A DNA stretch of 64,000 nucleotides from an uncultured Chloroflexia bacterium (GCA_963747345.1 CAVVFA010000030.1:265910-329909), one strand, 5' to 3'. Numbered from the stretch's first letter, positions 40,581 through 51,577 are shown. Notes: a model not told the origin generated them from the letters alone. Numbers and translations: made by a program.

Positions 40581-40739
40581 ATGAAGGATTTTATTGAAAC
40601 GTTAGCCATTCTGCTTTCACTCGCATTAATTGCGAGTCCGGTGATTGGCTATGCTATTTTTAACCGCTATCTAAAACGAAAAGAAACGGCCGTTCTCGAA
40701 GAGTATGGCCTTATTTCCAAAAAGGAGAAACAATCATGA
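40581..40739 (+). CDS. 52-aa single-TM peptide (below the ORF-track cutoff), ATGA-coupled to the next gene
   Basis: MKDFIETLAILLSLALIASPVIGYAIFNRYLKRKETAVLEEYGLISKKEKQS, translated by hand. Confidence 0.25.
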   Translation: MKDFIETLAILLSLALIASPVIGYAIFNRYLKRKETAVLEEYGLISKKEKQS

Positions 40740-41161
40740 ATGACGCCATTGAAGCACTTGCCATTGGTCTTTCAGTTACAATGATTTTTAGCATTCCCTT
40801 TGCATTCTTCGCGTTTATGCGCTATTTGCGCTACAAGGAAACGATTGCCTTAGCTGAACGAGGTCTGCTGCGCCCCCAACGCCAAAACAATGACCGGCAA
40901 ACGACAAAATGGGGCTTTGTCATCTCAGCCGTGGGTTTGGCGTTCACCTGTGGCTTATGGCCCATAGGTTTTATGGGTGACGCCCCTAAATTCCCGTTAG
41001 GTTTTGGTCCCTGGATGTTAATCGGCCTGCTGCCCTTATTTTTTGGCATCGCCCTCATTTGCATCGGCGAACTCAACAGAGAAGATCGTCTAGCAGAGGA
41101 TGCAATTGACCAGATAGATCCGATCCCACCGCACAAAACGGGAGGGGTACCCTATGAATAA
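40736..41161 (+). CDS. 3-TM membrane protein of unknown function
   Basis: ORF plus hydrophobic segments. Confidence 0.35.
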   Translation: MNDAIEALAIGLSVTMIFSIPFAFFAFMRYLRYKETIALAERGLLRPQRQNNDRQTTKWGFVISAVGLAFTCGLWPIGFMGDAPKFPLGFGPWMLIGLLPLFFGIALICIGELNREDRLAEDAIDQIDPIPPHKTGGVPYE

Positions 41162-41360
41162 TCGCTGGTTTGCAGAAGCAGAAGAAGGTATCCGTTATTT
41201 TCTGGGAATGATCCAGGATATGTTTTTCACCTTCCAGAAAAAAGTCATCAAGTAACAAAAAGGGCTGATAAATTCAGCCCTTTGTTACGTCGTACAGTTA
41301 TTCAGACATACCACTCCGCAAGCGATCTATAGTCGCCGAAATTGTATATCTTGATTGTTT

Positions 41361-42575
41361 TTATTTGCGATCTAGCACCACGATACCAGGCAGGTCTTTG
41401 CCTTCCAACAGTTCCAGGCTGGCGCCGCCACCGGTGCTGATGTGGGTCATTTGGTCGTCAAGGCCAGCTTTGCGCACGGCCGCCGCAGAATCGCCGCCAC
41501 CAATCATCACTTGCACACCATGTTTGGTCAGGTCAGCCAAAAGCAGTGCCAAAGCGTTGGTGCCTTTGGCAAAGGTGTCAAATTCAAACACACCCATGGG
41601 GCCATTCCAGATAACAAGTTGGGAACCTTGCAGTTCTTCGTTGAATTTTTCCAGCGTGTCGGGGCCAATGTCTAAAGCCATTTCATCTGCTGGAATTCCC
41701 CACACAGAAACGGTGGTGGCTGGAGCATCAGCCGAAAATTCGGGAGCCACAACCACGTCCAACGGCAAAACGATGCGATTGGCAGCCATTTCCATGAGCC
41801 GTTTGGCTTCTGGCAGGGCATCTTCTTCCACGAGGGAGGTGCCGATCTGGTGGCCTTGGGCTTTCAGGAATGTGTTTGCCATGCCGCCACCGATGAGAAT
41901 TTTATCGGCCGTTTTCAGCAGATTTTCGATGAGTTTGATTTTGTCGGAGATTTTAGCGCCACCCATGATGGCAATGTAGGGATGGGCAGGATTGGTAACG
42001 GCCGTTCCCAGCGCATCCAACTCCTTCCCCATTAAGAACCCAGCCACAGCCGGGCCACCTTTGGCACGAATAGCTTTAGCCGCACCTTCCGTGCTGGCAT
42101 GAGCGCGGTGCGCAGAGCCAAACGCATCACCCACATACACATCAGCCAAGTCAGCCAATTGTTGGGAAAGCTCTTCGTCGTTCTTTTTTTCGCCAGGTTC
42201 AAAGCGTGTATTTTCCAGCAAAATAACATCACCGGGCTGCATAGCAGCAACGGCGGCTGTCACCTGCGAGCCAACCACCTCGTCCATCTTCAGCACGGGG
42301 CGACCCAACAACTCGCTCAATTTCACAGCCACCGGCCCCATCGAAAATTGCGTGTCTTCTGCTGACTTAGGACGACCCAGGTGTGAACAGAGAATGAGCG
42401 CTGCGCCATTGTCGAGCAAGTAGTTGAGGGTTGGCAGGGCTGCTTGAATGCGGTTGTCATCGGTTACATAGATGTCGTCGTTGGGGTCTTTGCTGCTCAG
42501 AGGCACGTTAAAATCCACGCGCACAAGAACCTTCTTGCCATTTACATCAATATCTTGAATCGTTTTTGTTTTCAT
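41361..42575 (-). CDS. pgk: phosphoglycerate kinase
   Basis: Full-length PGK homology (VLVRVDFNVP..., hinge and C-domain motifs). Confidence 0.9.
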   Translation of the reverse strand: MKTKTIQDIDVNGKKVLVRVDFNVPLSSKDPNDDIYVTDDNRIQAALPTLNYLLDNGAALILCSHLGRPKSAEDTQFSMGPVAVKLSELLGRPVLKMDEVVGSQVTAAVAAMQPGDVILLENTRFEPGEKKNDEELSQQLADLADVYVGDAFGSAHRAHASTEGAAKAIRAKGGPAVAGFLMGKELDALGTAVTNPAHPYIAIMGGAKISDKIKLIENLLKTADKILIGGGMANTFLKAQGHQIGTSLVEEDALPEAKRLMEMAANRIVLPLDVVVAPEFSADAPATTVSVWGIPADEMALDIGPDTLEKFNEELQGSQLVIWNGPMGVFEFDTFAKGTNALALLLADLTKHGVQVMIGGGDSAAAVRKAGLDDQMTHISTGGGASLELLEGKDLPGIVVLDRK

Positions 42576-42741
42576 GAATCAATCCTTCTTGAAGAGATTT
42601 ATCTGAGTATTTCTAATATGAATGGGGGTATGAAATACATCAATTTAATTGTTTATATTGCAGAGTGTTTCCAGCAGAAAACTATATAACGAATCTGCCT
42701 TGTTTGCTAGTGACGATTGTCACTTTTTTTGAATTAGTTTT

Positions 42742-43077
42742 CTATTGACCCGATTCGTATTTGATAACCTGCACTTTTTCTACTGTGATGAGACCGTTTG
42801 TCACTGCTTCGTCAAGGAAGGGCAGGATGCGCTGGATATATTCTTCGCTGTCCACAATCTCAATGATAAGGGGGGCATCGAGTGATAAGCGTAAAAATTT
42901 GGTCGTATGAATCTTGCTGCGTGGGCCAAAACCAGAAATGCCTCGGATAACAGTCGCCCCCGCTAATTCTAGCTCTTTGGCTTTGTGGATAATTGCCTCA
43001 TAAAGCGGTTTCCCCTGGTACTTATCAGACTCACCGATGAAGATGCGTAATAGTTGCCCTTGTTCATGCAGTTTCAT
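42742..43077 (-). CDS. DUF190 (PII-like) protein commonly paired with CrcB
   Basis: 111 aa; directly downstream of crcB. Confidence 0.6.
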   Translation of the reverse strand: MKLHEQGQLLRIFIGESDKYQGKPLYEAIIHKAKELELAGATVIRGISGFGPRSKIHTTKFLRLSLDAPLIIEIVDSEEYIQRILPFLDEAVTNGLITVEKVQVIKYESGQ

Positions 43078-43090
43078 ATGCCAGACTCCT

Positions 43091-43480
43091 CTACCCGCCG
43101 CGCAGCGTGACAGTCAGGTAATTTGCCAAAGCCATCCCCACAAACACAAAAACGATACCGAGGACGGTGCTGGCGATGATGTTGAGAAAAGCGATGCCAA
43201 ACTGCCCATCGCGCAGCAGATTTACATTTTCTAAGGCATAGGTTGAGAAGGTTGTGAATGCACCTAGCCCACCCACAAGAATGAGAACCCGTAAGTTGGG
43301 CGATATTGCCATCTCTTCAAATAATTGAGAGAGAAACCCAATCAGAAAGCAGCCAATCATATTGACAACGAGGGTTCCCCAGGGGAAATTTTGCCCTAAT
43401 ACATTATAAGCGATGCCAGAAATGACAAAGCGCAGTATGGCACCAATGGCACCCCCTACGCCGATTGCGACGAATTGCAA
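43091..43480 (-). CDS. crcB: fluoride ion channel CrcB/Fluc
   Basis: 4-TM 129 aa; GGxGAxxRY-like N-terminus; TFSTY motif region. Confidence 0.8.
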   Translation of the reverse strand: MQFVAIGVGGAIGAILRFVISGIAYNVLGQNFPWGTLVVNMIGCFLIGFLSQLFEEMAISPNLRVLILVGGLGAFTTFSTYALENVNLLRDGQFGIAFLNIIASTVLGIVFVFVGMALANYLTVTLRGG

Positions 43481-43495
43481 GGTTGTTCCTCCATA

Positions 43496-44656
43496 TTATC
43501 TTCCTTGCCCCAATGATAAATACCGGTCATTAGCGCCGGAGGAATCGGGACTGAAAAAGAGCATCAAATCTTTTGTTTGTTCAGGGACGGATAGCACGAT
43601 CCAGCCATCTGCTTCACCACCAGGGTATAGATTGTAATCGAGTGCTGGAGCCGGATCTACAACAGAGGCTGGCTTAAACTCGTTGCCTGAGTTTGTGCGA
43701 ATTGAGAATGGGGAATAAGAAATATTATCCCCTTCATCGTCAAGGCCGATATAGCGGGCATTCAGTTTAACCATGATGTATTCTTTGCCCGTTTCTGGTG
43801 GATCATTGAACTGGTTTGTTTCCAGGATTTGCTTCCACGCTTCTTCCCCTTTGACGACATCAATAACGCTAATTTGCCAATCTTCGCCTGTGGCGGTCTG
43901 CCCAAAAGGAACGGGCTGTTCGGGGTCTGTCCCTAAATCGGTACGGGTGATGTTGACCATTGCTTCGTTAAACGGGATGCTTGTATTTGCTTCTAGCGCT
44001 ACATAGACGGGCGGATATTCGTAGTCGCCAATATCAAACACAAGCATGAGATTGTCTTCGTTTTCTTGAATGACGAAGGTGTCCCATCCTTCATATTCAG
44101 TGCGTGCTGGTACGCTGCGCTCTAACCAGGGGTCTTGAGATATGAGGTCGTTTTCGTGCGAGTAATATTTTATGAGTGCATCACCAGTGAGGCCGTAAGC
44201 TAAAAACTGTTCTTCTGTGAGGTTGTTGTTTTTGATGCGTAGTTTTACGTTGAGGTATTCTTCTCCAGGGGAAGGCAATTGGTTATGGGGATGGGCTTTA
44301 TGAAGCGTTTGCCAAGCCTGTTCACCTCGTTCCATTTCTAACAGTTCAATTGTCCATTGGTGTTCGTTGACGATACTGCCAGGGGGCAAGGGATTGACGC
44401 GGGTTTGTCCTGCAATTTCTTGTGGGGTTTCTGGGCTGTTATCGGCGTTGGTGAAAGGGACGAGTTCTGCAATGGTGGTGGCGATACTCGGGTTTTGCTC
44501 GTTTTCTGGGGTGTCGTCGCTGGGCTGTTGTGCTGCCTGCCGTCCTAGCTGATAGGCAAAGAAGGTGAAGATTAAAAGTAGGAGTAGGAAGAAGGTGATG
44601 AGGATAATGATGAAAAACGGCCGTTTATCCAAAGAAGTTCCATGTTTTGCACTCAT
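43496..44656 (-). CDS. membrane-anchored protein with two DUF4352-like Ig-fold repeats
   Basis: N-terminal TM; two about 130-aa repeats (EYLNVKLRIKN... / EYIMVKLNARY...). Confidence 0.45.
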   Translation of the reverse strand: MSAKHGTSLDKRPFFIIILITFFLLLLLIFTFFAYQLGRQAAQQPSDDTPENEQNPSIATTIAELVPFTNADNSPETPQEIAGQTRVNPLPPGSIVNEHQWTIELLEMERGEQAWQTLHKAHPHNQLPSPGEEYLNVKLRIKNNNLTEEQFLAYGLTGDALIKYYSHENDLISQDPWLERSVPARTEYEGWDTFVIQENEDNLMLVFDIGDYEYPPVYVALEANTSIPFNEAMVNITRTDLGTDPEQPVPFGQTATGEDWQISVIDVVKGEEAWKQILETNQFNDPPETGKEYIMVKLNARYIGLDDEGDNISYSPFSIRTNSGNEFKPASVVDPAPALDYNLYPGGEADGWIVLSVPEQTKDLMLFFSPDSSGANDRYLSLGQGR

Positions 44657-44670
44657 AATAAATCATTACC

Positions 44671-45342
44671 TCAGGGCAAACAAACTACCTGCGTTTCGTA
44701 AATGGCGTTGTTTGCTAAAGGATTGAGCGCCCAAAATTGGTCTAACGTGATACCGGCGCTGGAACTGAATCCCAACGGGGTATCCCCTTCTATCGCCACA
44801 GCCGTTTGATGTCCAGGGCAATAAGCGGGATTAGCGACAGGTATCGACAGCGTATTGCCTACGACCATCTCCGTTGAGGAAATGCCAAAACGCGCCATAA
44901 GCGGGATCGATGTGGTGTAGAGCCTTGCCAAACTGTAGAGGGTATCGTTGCCCGTGACGGTGTGGTAGACAAAAGTATACATGTCTGCGGAGGGAACGGC
45001 CGTTGCTGGAATAGGCGTTATCGTGGGCGGCGGCGGCGGCTCAGGTGTGTTCGTCAGCACAATCTGCTCCGCTGGTTGCTCAACCTGAGGCTCTACAACG
45101 AACGTTTCTCCCCCCGTTCCCTCTTGTGAAACAAGAATAACTTGATCTTCCGGTACTGGATTCACCACAATCTCCTGCCCTTCTACGACCACAGTGTATG
45201 AATTGTCTGGTGGGCGACGCTGCAAATACATCACCGTCAGAAAAACACCAAACGCCATCAAAATGGCTAAAATAATAATCGTGATCAACACATAAGGTTT
45301 TACTTCTGTTTGTTGCATAGCGTTTCCAAGATAGTAGGTCAA
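44671..45342 (-). CDS. membrane-anchored LysM-domain protein with Pro-rich linker
   Basis: TM then LysM (YHTVTGNDTLYSLARLY...GNTLSIP). Confidence 0.55.
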   Translation of the reverse strand: MTYYLGNAMQQTEVKPYVLITIIILAILMAFGVFLTVMYLQRRPPDNSYTVVVEGQEIVVNPVPEDQVILVSQEGTGGETFVVEPQVEQPAEQIVLTNTPEPPPPPTITPIPATAVPSADMYTFVYHTVTGNDTLYSLARLYTTSIPLMARFGISSTEMVVGNTLSIPVANPAYCPGHQTAVAIEGDTPLGFSSSAGITLDQFWALNPLANNAIYETQVVCLP

Positions 45343-45520
45343 CCGTGACTTGCCTCGATAATAACAGTCACCATAAATTTATGTTACACTTGTCATAAGA
45401 TAATAGCAAGCAAGAAAATAGTCAGGGGAGCACTCATATCAACCGTCCACCCATTTCACATGAACCAGCAAATCCGCCACACCCTACTCGGTTTTGCCCA
45501 CTTTCAAGAAGGAGTAATCC

Positions 45521-46675
45521 ATGATCTATCAACGAGAAGAAAAAGAAATCATTGAAAAAAACAGCCTCGCCCCCTATGCGCTCAAAAGTTATGCGTCCAA
45601 AGGGCGCATCCATGAGGAAAATGAGTCAACCAGCCGGACTGCGTTTGAACGAGACCGAGATCGCATTATTCATACCACTGCATTTCGTCGGCTGGAATAT
45701 AAAACTCAAGTTTTCGTTTTCTATGAAGGAGACCATTACCGCACCAGACTCACCCACACGCTAGAAGTAGCCCAACTCGGCCGTTCTTTGGCACGTGGGT
45801 TAGGTTGTAATCAAGACCTCACAGAAGCTATTTGCCTCGCTCACGACCTGGGTCATGCCCCCTTTGGACACGCTGGCGAGCATATCCTCAACCAACTTAT
45901 GGCCGAATATGGCGGCTTCAACCACAATACGCAAAGCTACCGCGTTGTCACTGAATTGGAACACCGTTACCCGCAGTTTAACGGGCTTAATCTCACCTAC
46001 GAAACCCGCTCTGGCATGATCAAACATGAAACAGCCTATGACAAAAGTGATGCCACTGGCTACGAGCCGGAAAAACGCGCCTCTCTGGAAGCCCAAATTT
46101 CCAATCTGGCAGATGAAATCGCTTACAACGCCCATGATTTAGATGATGCGCTGAGAGCGGGGTTATTTACCCCCCAAGATTTAGAGGAACTAACCATTTG
46201 GGGGGAACTGACCGATTCTGTGAGTTGGCAAAACGAGGCATCCCTTTCTGATATTTGCCGCCATGAAATTATTCGAGAGTTGATCGGCCGTTCCATCAGC
46301 AATGTGCTTACCTACACGTCAAACAATTTGGAAACTCACCAACTCGATACTCCTGAAAAAATTCAAACTCATTCCGAAAATATTGTGGGGTATTCAGAAG
46401 AATTTGGGAAAAAGATTCAGCAGCTTAAAAGCTTTTTGTATCAGCATATGTACCGTCATTATCGGCTTATGCGGATGCAGTTTAAGGCAGAGCGGTTCAT
46501 TTCAGAGATGTTCAATGTCTACCTGAGTGATCCACGTATGCTGCCAGATACGGCTCAAGCGAATCTGGAAACAATACCACTCCCGCGTGTCATCACAGAT
46601 TATATCGCCGGCATGACAGACCGCTATGCCCTGGATGAATGGAAGAAGATTTTCGACCCGTATGAACGGACTTAG
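45521..46675 (+). CDS. dgt: dGTPase-like HD-domain deoxynucleoside triphosphate triphosphohydrolase
   Basis: HD motif HDLGHAPFGH; GGAGTAA ribosome-binding site. Confidence 0.75.
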   Translation: MIYQREEKEIIEKNSLAPYALKSYASKGRIHEENESTSRTAFERDRDRIIHTTAFRRLEYKTQVFVFYEGDHYRTRLTHTLEVAQLGRSLARGLGCNQDLTEAICLAHDLGHAPFGHAGEHILNQLMAEYGGFNHNTQSYRVVTELEHRYPQFNGLNLTYETRSGMIKHETAYDKSDATGYEPEKRASLEAQISNLADEIAYNAHDLDDALRAGLFTPQDLEELTIWGELTDSVSWQNEASLSDICRHEIIRELIGRSISNVLTYTSNNLETHQLDTPEKIQTHSENIVGYSEEFGKKIQQLKSFLYQHMYRHYRLMRMQFKAERFISEMFNVYLSDPRMLPDTAQANLETIPLPRVITDYIAGMTDRYALDEWKKIFDPYERT

Positions 46676-46695
46676 GATTTTTCGTATCCATTCAG

Positions 46696-46800
46696 ATCCC
46701 TCGTTCCACACTCCGCGTGGAATGAGGGGTTGGACGCTCTGCGTCGAGGCGAACGCGGAGCGTTCGGGCAGGCATTCCCACGTAGAACGTGGGAACGAGA
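46696..46800 (+). ncRNA. candidate structured RNA: three consecutive hairpins closed by an outer stem (tentative)
   Basis: ttccac-actccgc-gtggaa; gacgctctgcg...cgcggagcgttc; ttcccacg-tagaa-cgtgggaa; outer ctcgttcc...ggaacgag. Confidence 0.25.
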
Positions 46801-46840
46801 AGGGGGTGAATGGTTACGATTTTTCTGTGGGTTAAACGAA

Positions 46841-46877
46841 AAAGCCGCGCTCAATGATAGAATTGAGCGCGGCTTCT
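46841..46877 (-). terminator. Rho-independent terminator for the minus-strand gene ending at 46906
   Basis: Stem aagccgcgctcaat/attgagcgcggctt; T5 on the minus strand. Confidence 0.5.
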
Positions 46878-46905
46878 AAAAGTTGTTTGAAATGCTAACT
46901 GTTGG

Positions 46906-47983
46906 CTAGAAGTCTAGCGTATCGTCATCATCCATAGCTTGGCCGTCTTGTTGAAGCTGTTCAACGCGTCCTTCAATATCGGCCGCATAATCACCTTCTT
47001 TACGCCAGACATGGAACTTAATAGACAAGCGGTCGAAATAACTTTCAGGCGGTTGTTCAGCTTCGTTGCCATACTCAATCTCAGTGACAATGGCATTCAA
47101 GATAAGAGAAACGGTTTCCAAAACAACAGTTTCCCCTTCACGAGCCAAAATTTGCTCGGTACCCTTCGTCGCCAGCTTTGCTTTGAGCCCTTCATCATGG
47201 AAAGCATGTTCGCTCATCAGAATTTTGGTTCGGGTGCGGATGTCATTTTTATCGAACAGCCACACTTCAAATGCGGTGACATTTTTCGGTGTATCTGAGC
47301 CAAGCGATTCTGCAATGGCAATACCACAGTCGCCCAAGAACTCTTGCCCTTCATTTTCAATGGGGAACGAGTATTCAAACCGATCATCCCCACGAACGTA
47401 CGTGCTGTCTACACTAGCAATGGGTGTGGTTTCTGCACCGTGGTCTGTATCTGCTACCGGCGCCACATCAGGCATGGCCTGGGATGACTCAGATGATGTC
47501 AAGGCATTTCGGCGGTTAAGCACAAAAATGATGGCACCTATCAAAACAAGCAGCAGCAGCCCCAAGAGGAATATAGGAACCAGGCTGTTGCTTTCGCCTT
47601 CTTCCGCAGCAGTTGCTTCCTCACCTGTTGTAACGGGAGCCGCCCCAATATCAGCGCAACCTACGCCATTAACAACAGCTGCGGATGCATTTAAGCGTGC
47701 CTGTTCTGCCGGATCGGTTGAACGCGAAGCCAGATCACATGTTGCCTCAACGCCAGCCCATCCACCTAAAGCTTCTTGCACTTTTTGCGTATTACCATCA
47801 AAGGAATACGCATCGGCAACTGCCCTTACGTAACATCTTGATATGGTTGTGCGAATGCATTGGGGGTAGCCTCATCCCACTGAACAGGGAACAACCCCAA
47901 CCCAACACAACCAGACCAATCACCAGGCCAAGGACAAAAACGACTAACAATGAAATTGCGGGATTTTTGCGAACAAAATCCAT
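46906..47983 (-). pseudogene. two-TM membrane protein with an acidic C-terminal cytoplasmic domain; apparent frameshift in the N-terminal region
   Basis: ORF 47798-47983 (MDFVRKNPAISLLVVFVLGLVIGLVVLGW...) and ORF 46906-47781 in another frame; the 291-aa frame stays protein-like for about 30 codons upstream of its GTG; switch about 47815-47850. Confidence 0.4.
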
Positions 47984-48279
47984 GTGTCACCTACCTTACT
48001 AGCTCATGAATGAGACGACATAGTGACATCCCCTCTGCATTTTGTAGTTTACCATAACAGAATCCCCAGTCAAGTTATGTTTAATTGTTTCCACGAGTGA
48101 ATGGTTTCCTTCTCTCTTTTGCCTGTGGTATACTTTTTCCGATTCGTAGCGATACAGGCGTCTTGGGAGAGACTCAGAGTTTAAATGTATGCCATGCATA
48201 ATTACTCGAGGTGAATTTCTTGGTCTCTGGTTAGCCGCTTCAATTATAATAGGTAGGTATCCCCATTCCATCAGGAGAT

Positions 48280-49206
48280 TTGAAGGTGAAGCATTTTCTG
48301 AGCATTGCAGACTTAACCTCCGACGAACTACAGAATTTATTAGATTTAGGCATGTCGCTAAAAGCCGAACTGCGCGAGGGTGGGAACAAACCCGTCTTAA
48401 AAGGTAAGAATTTAGCACTTGTTTTCATGAAACCTTCGTTACGAACGCGCGTTTCTTTTGAGATTGGCATGGTGCAATTAGGCGGGTACGCTTTCTACCT
48501 ATCTCCGGCAGAAATAAAACTGGGCGGGCGCGAAAGTGTGCCAGATGTGGCGCGTGTCTTATCTGGTTATGTGGATGGGGTGATGGCACGAGTTTTTGAC
48601 CACCAGCACATTCTTGATTTAGCTGAATATGCCTCTGTTCCCATTATCAATGGCTTGTCTGATTATAATCATCCGGCACAAGGGCTCACTGATGTTTTCA
48701 CTATTTTGGAAGTGAAAGGGAAAACGGAAGGGCTTAAAGTGGCGTATGTGGGTGACAGTAATAATGTGACGCGGTCGCTTATGTTTGGGGCGATGAAGCT
48801 GGGTATGCACATGACGATTGCCTCACCGCCGGGCTATAGCTTTAATGAGCAAGACTTAGCTGAAGCGAGAGCGATGTCCACGTATGGCGCGACTGTTGAG
48901 ACGTTTGATGATCCGATAACGGCCGTTGCCGATGCAGATGTGATTTATACAGATGTATGGACGAGTATGGGGCAAGAAGAAGAAACAGAGCGACGATTGA
49001 AAGTATTCCCACCGTTTCAGGTGAACCAAGCCCTGGTCAACACAGCCAAGCCAGATTGTATTGTAATGCACTGTCTTCCGGCCCATCGTGGCGAAGAAAT
49101 CACAAACCAAGTTGCAGACGGACCAAACTCCGTCATATTCCAACAAGCAGAAAATCGGCTGCACGCCCAAAAAGCCATCTTGGTTAAATTAATGGCAGGC
49201 AGTTAA
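48280..49206 (+). CDS. argF: ornithine carbamoyltransferase
   Basis: SLRTR carbamoyl-phosphate motif; HPAQ; DVWTSMG; [10 protein letters not shown]. Confidence 0.85.
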   Translation: MKVKHFLSIADLTSDELQNLLDLGMSLKAELREGGNKPVLKGKNLALVFMKPSLRTRVSFEIGMVQLGGYAFYLSPAEIKLGGRESVPDVARVLSGYVDGVMARVFDHQHILDLAEYASVPIINGLSDYNHPAQGLTDVFTILEVKGKTEGLKVAYVGDSNNVTRSLMFGAMKLGMHMTIASPPGYSFNEQDLAEARAMSTYGATVETFDDPITAVADADVIYTDVWTSMGQEEETERRLKVFPPFQVNQALVNTAKPDCIVMHCLPAHRGEEITNQVADGPNSVIFQQAENRLHAQKAILVKLMAGS

Positions 49207-49253
49207 TTCAAGAAAAGTGATAATCAGTCTAGTAGTACCGTGGAGATTCGTGA

Positions 49254-51542
49254 ATGGCAAATAATCGAGCACGCTACGAAGAAGCGTTAAATCGGGGACA
49301 TTCCTATAGCTGGGATCAACGCTATGAAGAGGCTATTCAAGCCTTTGAAATTGCTGCCAGTGAAGAGTCCCATGAGCCAGCCCCGTATGCCGGGCTAGGT
49401 ATGGCTTACCTGGAACTAAAAAACCTGCAAAAAGCGCTAGAAAACTACAAACTGGCCGCTAAATATTCAAAAGGCGAAGTTATCTACTTGCGTGAAGTTG
49501 CTCGCGCCCAAGAAAGCCTCGGCTTATTTGAAGAAGCTGGCAAAACATACATGGCTATTGGTGAGATTGAACTAACCCGGAATCACCTCGAAGAAGCTAT
49601 GAACAACTGGCATCTTGCTATTCGCTTGGAGCCTGATTTATTGCGTGCCCACCAGCGTCTCGCCTCCATCTATCAACGGCAAGGCGCAGTGCGTAATGCT
49701 ATCCAAGAATACTTAGCCATTGCCCGCATTTTGCAAGGCCAGGGAAGTAACGAGAAGGCGTTGCAGGCGTGTCAATTAGCCTTGCAATTAGACCCGCGCA
49801 ACCCAGATATCCTGACAGCCATCGAATTAGTTAAGCAAGGCGAACCCATCTTTCGTGATGCCCAAACCAAAACTGGGGGCAAACCCAAACCGAAAGCGGG
49901 CAGTGGGCTCTTGAACCGTGTTTCATTGGAGACGGTTCAAGCCGCTAAAGATTGGAAGCCAGACGCCCACGTTGTCGAAACTGTTGCACCCGTAGAAGAA
50001 GCAAAACAAACGGCTATGGAAGAATTGGCTGGTGGCTTGTTTGGGGATGATGATAGTGAGGAAATGCTTACCCCCGCCGTCTTAGAAAGAGGGCATTTGA
50101 TTAGCCTGGCGCTCGATTATCAACGGCGAGGGATGGTTAATGAGGCGATAGATGCCTATGAAAAAGCATTGGCCTCTGGTTTGTCAGGGGCGGCGGCGCA
50201 CTTCAATCTGGGATTGCTTTATCAGGATAAATTGCGCTTTGAAGATGCCATTCATGAATTTGATATTTCGGTTCAAGATAAAGAATATCGCTTAGCCAGC
50301 TATTTTGCTTTGGGTGAGTCTTATCGGGCGCGTGGATTGTTGGATGAATCGATTGAAAATTTCATCAATGTGCTAAAAATCGTTGATATGCGGACGGTGC
50401 GACACGATCAAGCAGATCGGCTGATTGAGTTGTATGAAAACCTGTCTGATGGATTAATGACGCAAGGCGAAAAAGATAAGGCCACAGATTTTGCGAACTC
50501 GTTGGTGGAGTTCCTCAGCCAGAAGGGGTGGGAAGACAAGGTCAAGGAAGCTCGGAAACGGCTTGATACGATTTCTGATGCGGGCATGATGATTTTGGGC
50601 GATGTGCTCACGGCCGGTTCTGAGCAAGTGCTTGAATCATTGTTCCTTAGCCAGGAATATGCACGGCGTAATATGTATAACACGGCTATCGAAGAGACTT
50701 TCCGTGCTATCCAATTGTCGCCAGATTATTTGCCGGCGCATGTGCAGTTGGGTGAAGTATTAGCGCATCAAGGGCGGATGGAAGTAGCGGCGTCTAAATT
50801 TTTTATGATTGGTGATACGTATAAGGCTCGCGGCGATATGAATGGCGCTATTCTCTCTTATGAGAAGGTGCTGGATATTATGCCGCTTGATTTATCGGTG
50901 CGGGCGCGGTTGATTGATTTGTTGAAGCAACAAGGCCAGATTGACCATGCGCTAGAGCATTATATGGCGATGGGGGATGCGTATTATCAACTAGCGCAAG
51001 TTGATAAGGCGCGTGATACCTATAAAGAAGCCCTGCGCCTTGTGCCGCGAGGTGACGATCAAGATCAATCCTGGAAGCGTCGAATTTTGCGGGCGATTGC
51101 GGAGATTGATATTCAACGATTCCAATGGCAGCGTGCCCTTCCGTCTGTGCAGGAATTGCGTGAATTAGAGCCGGATGATGAATGGACGGCGATTACGTTG
51201 ATTGATTTGTATTACAAATCGGGACAGCCGAATAATGCGGTTAAGGCGCTGGACCAATATTTGATGCAGTTGGTGCGTAAGGGACGCGGCGTCAAAGTTA
51301 TTGGTATTTTGGAAGATATGATTGAACAACGGCCGTCTGATCCCAATTTGGCGGATCGTTTGGTACGTTTGTATTTGCAGCAGAAACGGCAGCAGGATGC
51401 GGTGGCGGTGTTGGATAAGTTGGGCGAAGCGCAGTTAGAAGCGGGTGATAATGCAGTGGCGGTGATTACGATCGAGAAGATTCTGAAGCTGAATCCGCCT
51501 AATAAAGCCAGTTATGAACAATTGTTGAAGCAGCTCAGATAA
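49254..51542 (+). CDS. tetratricopeptide-repeat protein (762 aa)
   Basis: More than 12 TPR-like units throughout. Confidence 0.7.
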   Translation: MANNRARYEEALNRGHSYSWDQRYEEAIQAFEIAASEESHEPAPYAGLGMAYLELKNLQKALENYKLAAKYSKGEVIYLREVARAQESLGLFEEAGKTYMAIGEIELTRNHLEEAMNNWHLAIRLEPDLLRAHQRLASIYQRQGAVRNAIQEYLAIARILQGQGSNEKALQACQLALQLDPRNPDILTAIELVKQGEPIFRDAQTKTGGKPKPKAGSGLLNRVSLETVQAAKDWKPDAHVVETVAPVEEAKQTAMEELAGGLFGDDDSEEMLTPAVLERGHLISLALDYQRRGMVNEAIDAYEKALASGLSGAAAHFNLGLLYQDKLRFEDAIHEFDISVQDKEYRLASYFALGESYRARGLLDESIENFINVLKIVDMRTVRHDQADRLIELYENLSDGLMTQGEKDKATDFANSLVEFLSQKGWEDKVKEARKRLDTISDAGMMILGDVLTAGSEQVLESLFLSQEYARRNMYNTAIEETFRAIQLSPDYLPAHVQLGEVLAHQGRMEVAASKFFMIGDTYKARGDMNGAILSYEKVLDIMPLDLSVRARLIDLLKQQGQIDHALEHYMAMGDAYYQLAQVDKARDTYKEALRLVPRGDDQDQSWKRRILRAIAEIDIQRFQWQRALPSVQELRELEPDDEWTAITLIDLYYKSGQPNNAVKALDQYLMQLVRKGRGVKVIGILEDMIEQRPSDPNLADRLVRLYLQQKRQQDAVAVLDKLGEAQLEAGDNAVAVITIEKILKLNPPNKASYEQLLKQLR

Positions 51543-51577
51543 CGACAGTGTGGCAGCAAATTTTTCTATAGACGAGG

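Noticed and set aside
43481-43495. Fluoride riboswitch upstream of crcB
   Set aside because: Only 15 bp separate crcB from the upstream gene, and no crcB-motif consensus was recognisable there or in the operon leader at 45343-45520.
46777-46798. TTCCCACGTAGAACGTGGGAAC as a CRISPR repeat
   Set aside because: Single copy with no spacer-repeat periodicity; it is part of a local multi-hairpin structure.
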